Source: Amoebidium appalachense (taxonomy: Eukaryota > Protista > Ichthyosporea). From it: a stretch of DNA of 64,000 nucleotides. The notes under the pieces are model-generated. The model was not told the DNA's origin and searched no databases. It saw nothing but the letters and a program-made list of their open reading frames with translations. Shown here one piece after another: positions 16,801-36,774 of this stretch; the stretch's first letter is position 1; each line of letters begins with the position of its first letter. The position numbers and the translations under genes were made by a program. Where the stretch lies: positions 5,596,259 to 5,660,258 of the forward strand of contig CAVNZM010000002.1 in assembly GCA_963693365.1 (NCBI GenBank). The letters run 5' to 3'.

Positions 16801-17362
16801 GCGGCAAAGGTTTAGCATAAACCTTCATTTATTTCTTAACTAAACAAACTAAAACTGAACAGCTGCTGAAGCACGAACGAAGGGAAAAAACGTGATATGG
16901 GAGAGGCCGGCACTGCAAAGGGTAAGACATAGGGGGAGGAATAAGGGAGGAGATGAAGGACGGGCTGGGCCCCGGGGGAGGGGGGAGGGGGGAGGGAGGA
17001 GGAGGAGGAGGAGGAGAGGGGGTGGGGGGAGGGGGGGGGACAACCTCACAGTCGGAGGCAGTTTCATATTTGGCATCAGGGGCATACTTTTCCCTTAAGG
17101 CGGCATGGTTGTAGATCTCACCGTTCACCACCAAGCACAGGTTCTTGTCTGCGCTGAACAGAGGCTGTGCCCCGGAGATAGGGTCTACAATAGCAAGACG
17201 CTCATGTGCAAAGCAGCTCAAGTCACCAGAGGGGTGATGTTGAATGTGAATACCGGACCAGTCGGGGCCACGGTGGCGCAAGCGGCGTGAGAGCTTCAAA
17301 AGCCGCTCACGGAGCTTGTCTTGTGACTGCTGAGCGCGAAGACACGCCAAGATACCGCACAT
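12260..17362 (-). CDS. ASNS: Asparagine synthetase (glutamine-hydrolysing)
   Basis: Exons 17362-17045, 16636-16525, 15118-14644, 13824-13533, 13202-12933 and 12508-12260. Motifs: N-terminal [68 protein letters not shown]. The stop is probably in a tiny last exon, tentatively 11390-11382 (CTAAT...TTCAG|GGG CCC TAA). Confidence 0.97.
15477..15630 (-). mobile_element. 5'-truncated solo pLTR copy in ASNS intron 2
   Basis: Reverse complement of pLTR 48060-48213, with G-runs (C-runs on the element strand) on both sides. Confidence 0.95.
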
Positions 17363-18043
17363 TTTCAAGAAACTAAACCTGTGTTTCTCTTAGGTTGACT
17401 GCGTGGTTAGAGAAAACAAAACGGGAGGGGTGGCGGCGTCCGACTGAACTGGAGCCCACATGCACTGCTCACTTATTCCAAAAACGTGACATAGCCTGGC
17501 ATTTGGTTGCGACCTCGGCTCAGTTATGGTACTCTAACCATTGGCTGATACTTGTAATATTTCTTTTCAGTGGTTTAGTTATGTTTAAATGAGTTTTAGG
17601 GTCGTTTTGTCAGCTATTAATAAATGCGGCCAGAGTTTGAGGTTGGAATGGTGACAAATTCCAGGGCCGAAGGAATGAGTCACACGCATGTGGTTTTGGG
17701 GCGGGCGGAAAGAGTATGCGCCGCAGTTATTAGATAATTTTTTGGTTGCTTTATAAAATATGTCGACCAATCTATAGATAGTGAAAGATTATCTACTCAA
17801 TTCCTCTATAGACATCCATTTGAATGTGGAATAAATAACCAATTTACTCTCCTCATCTCTATCCAATCATCGCGATTCTGGAAAGCAAAAAAACTTAAAC
17901 CAATCAACGAGCACCTTCGCGGGTATGGAAATGTTTTGTTGGTCGAGGGGGGCAAATGCCGCGAGAAATGTCGCCATCGTTTGCAAGCGGGCTGCGGGCC
18001 GGCCACTTCAAGGACTCGGGAGCGGCCTGGGCTGTGCATCAAT

Positions 18044-18153
18044 ACCTTTCAAGTTATTTTTTGGCTTTGTGCGCTGTTACCTTTCAAGTTAGTTTTCGGC
18101 TTTGTGCTCTGTTGCCTTTCAAGTTAGTTTTAAGTTGGCTTTGTGCTCTGTTG
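18044..18153. repeat. ~35-bp minisatellite, three copies
   Basis: Unit approximately CCTTTCAAGTTAGTTTTnGGCTTTGTGCTCTGTT(A/G). Confidence 0.85.
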
Positions 18154-18528
18154 TCTTTTGAGCCCTTCTAAGGGGGCCGGGCGTGACCTCTCTGGTCGCG
18201 GAAGTGGTGGAACAGATGCCTTTCCTTCCCTCGATCAAAGCTATGTCTGGTCGTTTTTTTTTTTAGCTTTGGCGCTTTAGTCTCACGCACGACGAGCCAG
18301 CCGTGTAATGTGACCCCTTTTTTCTAGCGAAGGAGTTCGTGCTTTGTTGGCCACTTGATCCGGGAATAAGAGCATGAGTAGCGTGCTGTTTAGGGGGTTC
18401 ATCGAGGCTGTTCTTTCGTGTCCCACACGTGGTTGTCCGGGCACCCCATTGGTACAGAGCCGCAGGTGGTTTTTCAGGTAGGACGCATCGCTTCACACAC
18501 ACATACACACACATGGCAGCAGCCTACA

Positions 18529-18569
<41 letters not shown>

Positions 18570-18588
18570 CACACACACACACACAAAC

Positions 18589-18621
<33 letters not shown>

Positions 18622-19131
18622 ACAGCTGCTGTGTACGTGGCATGCTCCGTCTTGGAAAGCTTCTTTGGCGGCCCTTCCTTGAGCTGTCTTGTTCGGACTC
18701 CCCTTGTCCTCGCCGGTGTGCGCCCTTTCAAGGTCAACCCCTCGTACCTTCCCTCCCCCTTCCAACCTTGCCCTTTCCCCCCTTCACCCCCAACCCTCTC
18801 TCTTCCCCCCGCCCCAGCTCTAGTCTCTGGTTTGTATTTTTGGGTCTGCGTTTTGCAGGCACGGTCATTCTCCTGTTACATGGGTTTCATGCAAACATGA
18901 TTCGGCTGGGGGGGACGTTCCTCGGGTTACGGACTCCTCTTTTTTTTGTTTTTTTTGGGGGGGGGAGGGGGGGGGTAGGAGAGGGTGGAGAAAGTAAGTG
19001 TATTACGCTGTGGGGAAGGAGGGGGGGGGGGGGGGGGTGCGGGGTCGGGTGGAGGGGGGAGGGCGGGAGGGAGGGGGGAGGGTCGGGTGGAGAGAGAGAG
19101 AGCTTGAATTGTGTTAGGAAGGGGGAGGGGA

Positions 19132-19343
19132 GGTGAGGTTGAAATGCTGAGTAGCAAACCCCCCCCCCCCCTCCCCCCTCCCCAGCGTTCTCTTGTTACA
19201 AGGGCTTCATGCAAACATAGTTCTGCTGAATGGGACGTTCCTCGAGTTATGGGATTCCTTCTTTTTCTTCTTCTTTTTTTTTTTTTTGGGGGGGGGGGGG
19301 GAGGGGGAAGCGGGAGTTTGCTACTCAGCACTTCACCCTCACC
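19132..19343. repeat. Fold-back / MITE-like element with 28-bp inverted termini
   Basis: GGTGAGGTTGAAATGCTGAGTAGCAAAC (19132-19159) pairs with GTTTGCTACTCAGCACTTCACCCTCACC (19316-19343), 2 mismatches. An internal C-run and G-run extend the pairing. Confidence 0.7.
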
Positions 19344-19353
19344 CATACCCCGT

Positions 19354-19399
<46 letters not shown>

Positions 19400-19421
19400 A
19401 CACAAAAAAAAACCTAAATTT

Positions 19422-19757
19422 GGGCACTGTTGATGACTTGGGACCTTCCTAAGGTTGGGCTCTGCTTATTATGTCTGTTATTTTGTGTGGTTTGCATTGT
19501 GCCTTGTGTTGTCCTTCATGAATGTTGTTCATAATCTGTAACAAAATGTGACTCGTCCACTTGAATTCCGTCTTCCTCCTATTGTTTAGTTGCAGCCCTC
19601 CTTCCATCTCCCGCTCCCCCCCCCCCCCCCCCCCCCCAAACACACACACACACACAGTCTCTTACCAGCTTTTTTTTTTTGTTTCCGGTTTTTGTATTTT
19701 TGATGAATTGTGTTTTTGCCTTTTGATGTGTCCCCTTCCATACATTGTAACAATACA

Positions 19758-19805
<48 letters not shown>

Positions 19806-19997
19806 ACACACATGCGCACTACCATCCACCATCACGTTCACTGCCATCCCCCTTTTACTCCCCTCCCCCCCCCCCCCCCCCCCCTGACGCATACTGTGCG
19901 CATGGCTGATGCTGCATACTTGAATGTTTGCCTTTGCATGTGTCCTGCACCATGCTTCTCATCGTGTATGCGTACTTCGTACTGTGTTCCGCATTCA

Positions 19998-19999
<2 letters not shown>
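19422..19999 (+). mobile_element. Two decayed pLTR-related fragments (about 19422-19515 and 19914-19999)
   Basis: ACTGTTGATGACTTGGGACCTTCCTAAGGTTGGGCTCTGCTTATTATG matches pLTR ACTGTGGATGACGTGGGCCCCCCCTGAGGATGGGCTCTGCTTATTATG. The second fragment ends GTACTTCGTACTGTGTTCCGCATTCAAA followed by a C-run. Confidence 0.75.
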
Positions 20000-20033
<34 letters not shown>

Positions 20034-22333
20034 GTTTCTCGTCCTTATAAGTTGACAATTACGTGAAAGAAAAATTGCTACGATGTGTTGGTTGGTTTCG
20101 GTTTTTCATGGCCTTCACTCCGTCAGGTGACCAATATTGGTTTTCAGTCCGTGGGGATGTTTCGTTTTCTACCCCCACTTCCACCTCCTCCCCCCCTCTC
20201 TCCCTCCCCCCTCCCCCTCCCTGAGGGTGGGCTCTTCTTTTGAATAAATTTTTTGTGTGTACATTTTGAAGAATCTGGAGGGTGCTGTCCGTCGTGAATG
20301 TGTGTTTCAAAGGTACTTTTTTATTAGGTCATCCCCCTCTCCCCGGGCTTTCTCCGTTGTCGGATAGGTGGGCGTATTTTGGGTGCTTTAGCTATGTGCA
20401 TATCTCCATGTCGGGATTATGTTCCCAATCCTCATCTTTACTGTTAAACCTGTATGAATCATTCCGAACCTCCCCGGGGCCACCTCCCCCCCCTCCCCCC
20501 CCCCCCCCCCCCCCTCTTTCCCCCATTGTTTCCCACCCCCTCTGACTCTTCAGCAATGTGTGCACTTAGTAACTATGAATGCACAATCTGCACGCAACCC
20601 ACTTCTATAGGACATCATTGCAGTCATGTGGTGTATATCTTGTTGCGTATTTATATATCCTGTACCTTGTTGGGTGGAGGTACGTGTGTGGCCATGGTGC
20701 CGGCACCTCATCGCATTTTCACAGGGATGTCGATAATAAACGGTACATGCCTTGCCATTTTCATTTTGGATATACGCAGCGATGTGTAGAGACCCCCCCA
20801 CCCACCCACCTCCCACAGCCTCATTCACACACTCCTACGACGCACACACACACACACACACCTCCTTCACCCGTTGGCATTAGGTCATTAGAAATTACGT
20901 CATTCAGAGACAACACTTGCAAACACCGCCCAACCGACATCAATGATATACTCAAGCGACGTACAGTACCGCCCAACTTGGTACCCACATCCGCATAACA
21001 GAACTACAGAAATAGCCACGGTGTGTGAATATGAAGGCGATACCCACCCATTCTGATCAAACCGACACCACAATTTAAACAAGTCAAGCACACCCGGACC
21101 CGACACATGTACATACACGGACCTTCAACCACCATAAAAAACATTTCGAGCGCACATAGTTTCTCTCCCCTTCATGCCTCCTGAAGAGCCACTCATGATG
21201 GTGCAACCCGCACCGCCCCGCCCCCCCCCCCCCCCCCCCCCCCCCTCCCCCCCCTTCTCCCCTCCCTCCCCCCTCCCGGCCCCCCGCCTGCCTCACAGTG
21301 TGTACTCGTTTTTGCAAGAATCCATTTTTGTTCGCCATGACGTTACTGTGAATGTCTTTCCCCCTTTCTATGATAGTGCTATGATCGCCGATGATCGATT
21401 GCTGCAGACTGCGCTCAATTGAAACGGGTCACTGATACACACACCGTCCTAACCTCCCTCCCCCCAGGCCTCCACCTGGCCATGGGGCTTCCTCAACTTG
21501 GGTCCCATTTTGTTCTATTTGAAAATGGGTCGGCCGGACTTTGAGACATGTGTACACACAGCATAGTAACAAAATGATTGATTACACATACACGTGTGCA
21601 CAGATGGGCTCTGTTTTGCAGTACGCTAGTGCCCCGTACACGTAGTCCCGAGGCCTGCCGTAGTGGCGCAGGCTGGTGGTAGACTCCGGAAAAAAACAAA
21701 AACGAACATGGTTGATAAACTGCGCTGCGTGTTTGGATGAAAACACCTGAACATTTTGCATAGGACAAAACACACACACCTACTGTAACATACTTGCATG
21801 AAAAACAATCATTGCGCGCACGTGCCCCAAGTGCTCTGTGCGACAGGAAGAAAACAACGATGGCGCTTCCCCACATCCACCAACCCACACGACAACACAT
21901 GCATGCACTCAGGTACCAAAGCAGAAACAAACATTTGACAGCAGCATTGAACAAAACAAAACCCACCACACACTTGAAGAATGGGTTATGCGTACAATTT
22001 ATTTATGTGCGAGACTAAAATCAATTAAAAAGTTCAGATACAATCATCCACCCGGGCGGAGGCAACCGAAAACCCAACCATGAACCAAGAATTACAGGGT
22101 GTGCAATCATTGAAACCAACGAGGCGGTTGTTTCTTTAACCAGTTACCCTATTTATACACACTTTTCCCCCTTATCCGTGACATGTGTGCTACTTTAAAT
22201 TTGAAACAAACATAGGGCACGTTGCCCTGCTTTTCCATAATAAACAGTAATTACGTAACACAGTGGACCAATTATCTTGACAAGCCACTTTATATCCTTG
22301 CGTTTTGATTGGCTGAAGACCTTTGTTCTAAAT

Positions 22334-22657
22334 TTACTCGTCGTTGCCAAACAGAGCCTGCACCTCCTGCATGCTCTTGCCCTTCGTCTCGGGCACGAAG
22401 AAGAACACGAAGATGGTGATGGCCACGGTCCATGCGCAGAAGAAGAAGAATGTGTAGGCCTGCAGAGCCTCCTGAAGGGGCGGGAAGAACATGCCGACTG
22501 TGGGGGTGGAGGGGGTGTTGTGTTAGTCTAATAAGCAACAAATATAAAGGGGGGATGTTAGGCAAAGGAGGATGTGGTCAGTGTAGTTGGGTGGTAAATG
22601 CGGTGTGTGCATGTGCGGTAGAGATGAATGGCTGCGTGTTGTTGGGGAGAATTGCGG

Positions 22658-22693
<36 letters not shown>

Positions 22694-22767
22694 GGGGAGG
22701 TGAGGCGAGGTGAAAGAAGGAGGGTGTCTATTATACTTGTTTACGAGTTCGAAGGGAGAGAGAGAGA

Positions 22768-22817
<50 letters not shown>

Positions 22818-23926
22818 GGGGAGTAGGAAAGGCGACAACTTGACATCGGGAGGAAAAGAAACCAAAAACAAAACAACCAAGTGTGAGAGGGGCTGCATAC
22901 CGGCAAAGGTGAAGAGCCAGTTTGTGAACACTGCCACACCGACGGCACCGTTACGCACAACAGCAGGGAAGATCTCAGCAGTGATCATCCAGGGGATGGG
23001 GCCGGGGCCTACGGCGAAGCACACCACACCCAGAAGCATGAAGATGATGGTGGGGATCTGCCAGCCAGACACCATGCCGATACCGAAGAGCTGTGGGGGG
23101 GAGGAGAGGGGGAGGTTAGTATGTTTTTCAACGTAACGTGCAGAAGCGGGAAGGGGGGGGGGGGGGGGGGGGGGGGGGATAACAGTGTGCTGAGGAGCCA
23201 AGCTGGGGTACAACGAAGAAAGGAGGGGGGACCGATGTCCCACATGACCTACTTTGTCTTTGTGGGACGGATTTCAGAGATGATCTGTAGGGAAGTGTAA
23301 GGATGCAACCTATGACTGCACAAGGGGGAAAGGAGAGAGTTGAGAAGGTGTAAGAGGAACAGAGAAAGGTGTAAGAGGAACAGAGCAGGAAAGTAGAAGG
23401 GGGGAAAGGGGGGGGGGGGGGGGGGGGGGTAAACATACGCAGTGAGCAATGGCCATGCCTCCGAAACCGAACAGAGAGAGACCACGGCGACCGGCACGTT
23501 CAATAAGGGGCACAGCAGCCACGGAGGCAGCCACGTTGACGGTGTTCACAAGAATGGCGGCAAGCTCGACATTGGAAAAGCCGGCACTGATGAAGATGGA
23601 CCCGGAGTAGAACATGATGGCGTTGATACCTGGTTGGGTAATAAAAGGTTGAGGGGAGGTTAGCAGTGCCCAATCCTTGAATGCAGTTGGTGTGGAGGCA
23701 AGCCCTTAATAGAAGTGCCTGTTGAATGAGATGCACGTACTAGAGAAACACTCGTATAGAAGAAGAGGCCTCTTAAGAATGGACAGAGAAGTGGGGAAGA
23801 AATCACAAATCCTTTCCACCGACGGTACAGGGACAAGTGCATGGACAAGGCACAACTCCAAAATAGGACCGGGTACGAGCGAGTGCGTGAGTGTGTGCGT
23901 GAGTGTGTGTTGGTGGTGGTGGTTCT

Positions 23927-23966
<40 letters not shown>

Positions 23967-26020
23967 GAAATACCGGACATCTGCTGGCAGATCTGCAGAC
24001 CGATGGCAATGATAGTCTGCTTGATGTACTGGCGGGTGAAGATGGCCCCCAGCGCCTGCACCATGGACAGGGCACCCTCCTCCTCCTCCTTCTTCTTGTC
24101 CGTGTGGAACTGGTCGATTTCCGGGTCGACGTTGTAGCCCGGCCCGCGAAGACGGCGGAGGGCCTGCTCCGAACCGGAAACATCACCAATGGCAAAGAGG
24201 TAGCGGGGGGAGTCCGGCATGAAGAAGAAACCAATCAGGTTGATGGTTGACGGGACGATGGCAAAGCCGTAGAGCATGGGCCAGCTGGAGGCATTACCAA
24301 AGACACTCTTCATGCCCAAGATCCTGTGGAAAGAGAAACATGTTGTTAGATCAGGAGGGTGGTGGCATGTCAAGTAACAATGAAAGATGATGTGCTATAG
24401 AACAGGAACCAAAGAGGTGAGAGGGCAATAGCCACAATCACAACCTTGCAACCCGTATGGCGGAGTGAAGATGGAGAGCGTAAAACAATAAACACTTTGA
24501 ATCAACAGCATTCATGGCTAGGGTAGGGCGGACCGGGGAGTGGCGGGGGGAAGGGATGAATACGCGACAAGGTTGGAATCATGGGGTTGTGTGTGTGTGT
24601 GGGGGGGGGGGGGGGGGGGGGGGGGGGAGGGGGGAGGGGGGGGGGGGAGGAAGGAGTGGGAGGGGGGTACACACGTTGCCACGAGAATACCGATGGTGAC
24701 GAACAGCTGATGGAACACACCGAAGGCACCGCGCACGTGGTCTGGGGTAGACTCGGCCACCCACATGGGCACGGCACTGCACAGAATGCCGGCAGCAAGA
24801 CCGCAGAACACACGGCCGGCCATCATCATGCCGGGACCGGTGGCAAACGCTTGGAGAAGAGCAGATATGTAGAAGAGAATGTTGTTGGCAAGCTGGCATG
24901 GGGAAGGGGGAATGGTCAGTGGTTGGTTGCAACTGATGTGAGGTGGTGTCCACAAGCGCTGCTAAGAAGCTGTGGGTTGAACTCGAAACAAGAAGATATC
25001 AGGCACTTTAAACAAACGGCGAGTACCTCCTACAAAAAACCCAAGGTTTAGGATAAGGTGTTTTCGTAAGCAATTTAGATGGTGGCTATCAAAAAAAAGA
25101 AAACAAAGGCAGACTTAGGGAAGAGGGGAGGGAAAGGGTGAGAGTTGCAAGTGCAAAACGTTGTCGTCAAGGAGGTGGAGAGAGGTGAGGGGGCCACTCA
25201 CAATGGTCTTCTTGGGACCGAACTTTCCGACGATAGCACCACCTGCAAGACCAGTGATCACACCACCGACTGCAAAGATGGACACAATCCATGACCACGT
25301 GACCGTGCTGGAAGCATCCATCACCACCGTGGCTCCCGGGGTGTTCTCAGTAACGGTGGTGCCATCGGGTAGCGCAGTGCTGCCGTTAAGCATCCAGGCA
25401 CCAAGACCGAGTGCCTGAAGGGGAGGCGGGGGAAGGAGAGGGGGGAGGGGGGAGGGGGTTGGTAGTGGCAAAAGTGTGTGTGTGTGTATGTGTGGCGATG
25501 GTGTTGGGGGGGGAGAGGGTGGGGGGGGGGGGGGGGAGGGGGGGGAGGGGGGGGAGAAGGGGAGTTGGGGGGATGAGCGGATGGCGAGGGAAGAAGGTGG
25601 AGCATAGGTCAGTTCATGATCAGAAGGAATGATACGAAAGCTGCTACATAAACCATAAAAAAGGAAGAGAGGAGGGGTGGCAACAAGGTTAGAGCCCCCT
25701 CCAACCACTTTGCTGCCTTTAAGTCTATTGAAAAATGGCCTTCACTACCCGCCCCTTGTGTTGGAATACTACTTGCACACCAAAAGAAGGGGAGCGCATT
25801 TACTCACCACTTGCACTGGGGGGGCAGACAAGTTGACCAGACCGATACCCAGACCGAAGTTGAACGACTGCAGCACGGCCAGAATGGCGCCGGAAAGGAG
25901 AGTGCTGGTGACGGGTGCCCGGCCGCTGGACGAGTGAATGGCGCGCGAATCCGCTCCATCGCTAATTTTCTTCAACTCATACTCGCTGGTAGCGAGCTGT
26001 ACGCTCGAACTTTCGGCCAT
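22334..26020 (-). CDS. MFS sugar porter, GLUT/SLC2A-like
   Basis: Exons 26020-25808, 25414-25202, 24892-24675, 24323-23974, 23629-23439, 23090-22901 and 22497-22334. Motifs: VPMWVAEST..RG, PDSPRYL, QQMSGINAIMFYS, IERAGRR, GPGPIPWMITAEIFP, VPETKGK. Confidence 0.96.
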
Positions 26021-27231
26021 TTTAGTGAGTTTCCAGAAGCTCAGGGGACAAAGTAATAAATTTGTAGGGGTACAACGGTGTTTCTTTTACAAACTCAAGG
26101 GCCAAAGTGGGGAAACCCTTTCTGAATACCGTGCGGAATGCTTTTGGTACTTTTATATCCGTCGGACCGCCGCCGGGCTATCACTGGCTCTGGGCTTTTG
26201 TTGGTTTGGGCAAAGGTATGGATGCGTGATTTGTAACTAATAGGAGGTCCTTTACAGTCCCGAGACCCACATATGGTTTTGTTTGTAGCATCTGCAGCCA
26301 ATAGTTGAACGGGAAATGGAGATTTGGATAGGCTCGGATGGGGACAAAACCCGGCTGGCGCATTCGACGAGGCGCGTGTGCCCCCGGCATCGCCAGTAAT
26401 GCGTTGAGGCGATGCTTTATAGCAAACGCACTAGAAAAAGTACGCATAAAAACAATATGTCGTCATACTTACAACCTAACAGTACATGAATATCAGAAAA
26501 AAGTCACTGCATCTTCTTTAACCGCTTTTTGCAACCCTCAGCACAGCACGGTTGCGTCATTTCCGAACCGCCAGGTCCGTGTACCGCTGCATTCCGAGAG
26601 AAAGAGTCTTATGCCATCGAGCCAATCAGGTTGGGGCTGATGTTCTCAGTATCCATATATAGGTAAAGCCGCCAAAAAAGGTGATTTTATACAACCAATC
26701 AGATGCTCTCGCGGCACACATTGTAGAAATTGAGCAAAACAACAAAATTACTAAAATATTTCAGTCACCTGCTACCTGTAAAGGGAGCTCTTATTTTTCA
26801 AGGCTGACAAAAACTTCCCTTCCGAAGCGACTGATCACGCGCCAACACATACCCTTGAAAAATAGAGTATAGTTTATAGACTATTCTCGCCAGAGTATAG
26901 TTTATCATACATACGGCGGCTGAGGCCACAGTCGCACGTGGCAGTTCAGTCACCAGCTGTTGTGACCGTTGCGGGCTTTGTCAAAGGCTGCCGGGCATGT
27001 ACAAAATATGTAGCTCATGAAGCCTGAAGGTTTGCAAGAAATCATAATCACATTTATGCTGCTTTTCTTTTTTTCTTTTTTTCCCCGCCTGTTGAAGCTC
27101 CGAATGTGCTATGGACTGGCGTTGATTGGCAAACGGGCCAAAAGGCATCTCTACTGCGCAAGTAAACAGTTATTCTGACCAACAAAGGGTATATATGAGC
27201 AAAGATGACGAATGCCAAGTGTGGCGTCGGG

Positions 27232-27305
<74 letters not shown>

Positions 27306-27373
27306 GTGTCTACGGTTTCCACGTATTGCTGTGCGTGTGTGTGCGTTTCTCTATGTGCACGTGTGTATGTGTG

Positions 27374-27404
<31 letters not shown>

Positions 27405-27631
27405 CTACAGGGGAGTGATGGTGTGTGTGGATCCCAAGTATGGATGTGCATGTGCGTGTGTGGGTGTATGTGTGGGCGTGTGTACGTGCCTCTGCATGCC
27501 AGGCGTGGGTGTTGGATGTGCGTGTGTGTATGTGTGTGTTTTGAGGGGAAGGGGGATGCGGTGGTTGGGTGTGCGTAACGGCTCTTGTGCACGTTTGTCT
27601 TTTGTTTGTTTGCTTGTGAATGTCGATTCCT

Positions 27632-27670
<39 letters not shown>

Positions 27671-27939
27671 GGATGTGTGTGTGTTTGTGTGTGTTTGTGT
27701 TCTATGCGACCGGCCGGTTCTCTTGCATACATGCCTCACATGATGGTAAATTTCCATCATATTATCCAGACCAGTACACGTTTTTTTTTTGTTTTTCCCC
27801 TCCGTTCCTCCGTACACTCTCATGCTCACATCGCTTGCTCGCCCCTCTACCTGCCACCTATTTGAGACCATCGAGTCAACACCCTCCCTGCATGGTATGT
27901 TCCCTGCTCTATACCTGTACATGCTCTACACGAGTGATG

Positions 27940-27974
<35 letters not shown>

Positions 27975-28896
27975 GCTCCTGCTGCTGACTGCCTAAGGCG
28001 AATCCCTCCTGCACTGAAAAGGGGGGGGGGGAGTGGGGAGGAGGGGAGGGGGGGGGGGGGGGGGGGGGGGAGGGAAGGAGTCGTCAGTGTGACCCCCCTC
28101 TTGAGGTACTTTGGCATGGTATGTGGCTAGGTGCCTTTCTGACTCGTTAGGCAGCCGAAGGCCCGGCAGGAGATATAACTGTATGCATGTGTTCACAGTC
28201 ACGGAGAAACGGCAACAATCTTTTGTGCTTCAAATTTGGTCTCACGTGTCTTGTGGAATGTTTTTCGGCGGCTTTCCGTGGTGCTAAATGTTTACAGCAA
28301 GCTCTTATGTTGGTTTCATGTGCAGGCACACACAAAAACACACATTCAGTGTATGGGTTCCTGCAAAAAGATGCATAACAGTGTCGCTTTTTTAAGTTGA
28401 TTACTCTTCCAACTATTCATCCCTCTTTAATCAACATTTTTTCTCTCATTCCATAGGTTGCACCGCCAACACCTCCGGTGTCTCCCCCCCCCTCCCCCCC
28501 CTTCCCCCCCGCTTCTACCTTCCCCTGTTTTTTAAACATATACGCACTTCCACCAGTGTATCGATTTGGGACGTGTGCCCCCCCCCCCGGCCCCCCGCCT
28601 CCCCCTCCTCAGCCCTTCCTCCCTGGTGGAGAGAGGTCGACACTTTTGCTCTTGTGTGCTTCAGCAATTCGGAACAAATAGTGTGGCCTACCACAGGGTG
28701 GTTGCCTATCTAAACCCCAGTGCTATACTGTTGGCAAAGGACCTTATATACCAATCATCCCCCCTTTCTTCGAACCCTCCCCCCCGGCCGCCCACTGAGT
28801 CCCACCCGGGCCCTCCTCCCGCTCCCTTTCCACCTGCCCCTTACACCTCGTCAATTTTACCACGCCTTATGTCTTAAGGACCACCCCCTCCCCTCC

Positions 28897-28940
<44 letters not shown>

Positions 28941-28960
28941 ACCACCACCACCACCACCAC

Positions 28961-29002
<42 letters not shown>

Positions 29003-30588
29003 CACCCACCCACCCCCCAGGGTGATTGAGCCAGTTCTGTTCAAGTGTCTCTTACTGGCACACTTCTATATGTGTCTGTGGGTGTACATGATTCTGTTGT
29101 GGTTTGTGTTCAATTTGCTTTCTCCTCCGGGCTCTCCAAAATGCACACATACCTCCCCCCCCTCTCTGCCGAGGGTTGAGAGGCGACACCCGTAGTTTTG
29201 TGGAATCATTTTTACCCCCCCCCCCCCGCCCTTCCCCTCCCCCCCTTCCCCTCCACCCACCCATCCACACACACACACGTGCACACATGTACACAAACAC
29301 ACACGTGGTGCACACACGGTACTGCCATCAGATACACAATCAACTCAAGAACTATCGATCTCTACCGTTAAGGTTGCAATGAACCCATGCCGACGGGGAT
29401 AACGGTTAAAGGCTTCTACAACAAGATGCAGTAAACTTGAAGCACCTTATGACTACTACTGGCTATCAGTATTATAATTCGTCATGCGATCCCGTGCTAC
29501 GCGTACGAATAATAATATTAACACTATCACTCCCATTATTGACAATTGCATACCGGTTTGATTGCAGAGGGTTGCCACTTTCGGAATTCAAAATTAATCG
29601 ACTAGCCTGGCATTGTACGTGCAAAGCAATCGAAATTTAGGACCAGCCGATATCGAGGGCCCCCGGCAGATCTAATTAGAGGGTGGCCCGCGGGAAGGGA
29701 GCCTCCCGGGGGGAGGGGGGGGGGGGGGAGGGGGCACACACACACACAACACACACACACACAAACCACACCTTTGCACACGGCCACGGACTCAGACAAC
29801 CCGTCATGATCGTACGTCGTGTATGCATGCCCACACATACATGTACAAACACCCAAATTAAAACATGCAACATGCACGTGTGACATGTGAGGTGCACGTG
29901 GTGGTGCACCATAGCGTGCCGACTGTGTGTACACGTGTGTGTTTATGTGCCCGCACGTCTCAAGACCTTTCCTATAGTTGGTTCGCATGGTGAGTGGATG
30001 CACGCGGGGTTGGTTGGGTTGGTTAACTTTTTTTTTTGTTGTTGTTGGGGGGGGGGGGGGGGGGGGGAGGGAGGGCTAGGGGTGGGACACCCCGTGTCCC
30101 ATGTTCATACAGAATCCGGATACGTGTATTACACCATTTACGGTTACATGTACGTCTAAATTCCTCTGCTCACAGACCATCAAAAAAAAAAAAAAAAAAA
30201 AAAAAAACGAACTTGATTTGCTTATCGTGGAGTGACTGTTGCACAGAGAGAAGATCATAATTAGGGATTCGGAAACAGTTGTATGGTGCTTTTGAATCTT
30301 TAACTCTTGCACATTAGCTATTACACTTCAGTTATATCACATCGTATAAAAAGGGGTACCTGACGCTAGTGTGTCCAGTAAAACATGTAATGCGCGCCCG
30401 TGGCAACCCCCCCCACCCTCCCACCCCCACCAAAAAAAAAAAAAACACCACAACCGTCAACACTACGACCCGGGGCAAGAAAACTAAAGTAAAAATGAAA
30501 ATTAAAGGCGGAGGGGCATCGAAAACAAATTAAACGAATATGAAGAGGGGGGAAATGAAGGCAAAGAGCACAACACACGCCCTACCCA

Positions 30589-36774
<6,186 letters not shown>

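Noticed and set aside
18044-18153. CRISPR-like array
   Set aside because: The units are contiguous with no unique spacers and the context is eukaryotic; it is a minisatellite.
18175-18263. 7SL or other Pol III RNA starting GCCGGGCG and ending in a T-run
   Set aside because: Similarity stops after about 9 nt, with no Alu-domain fold or B-box.
23253-23315. Extra small exon in the sugar transporter
   Set aside because: The flanking exons already join in frame (AHC|LFG) and give a normal helix spacing.
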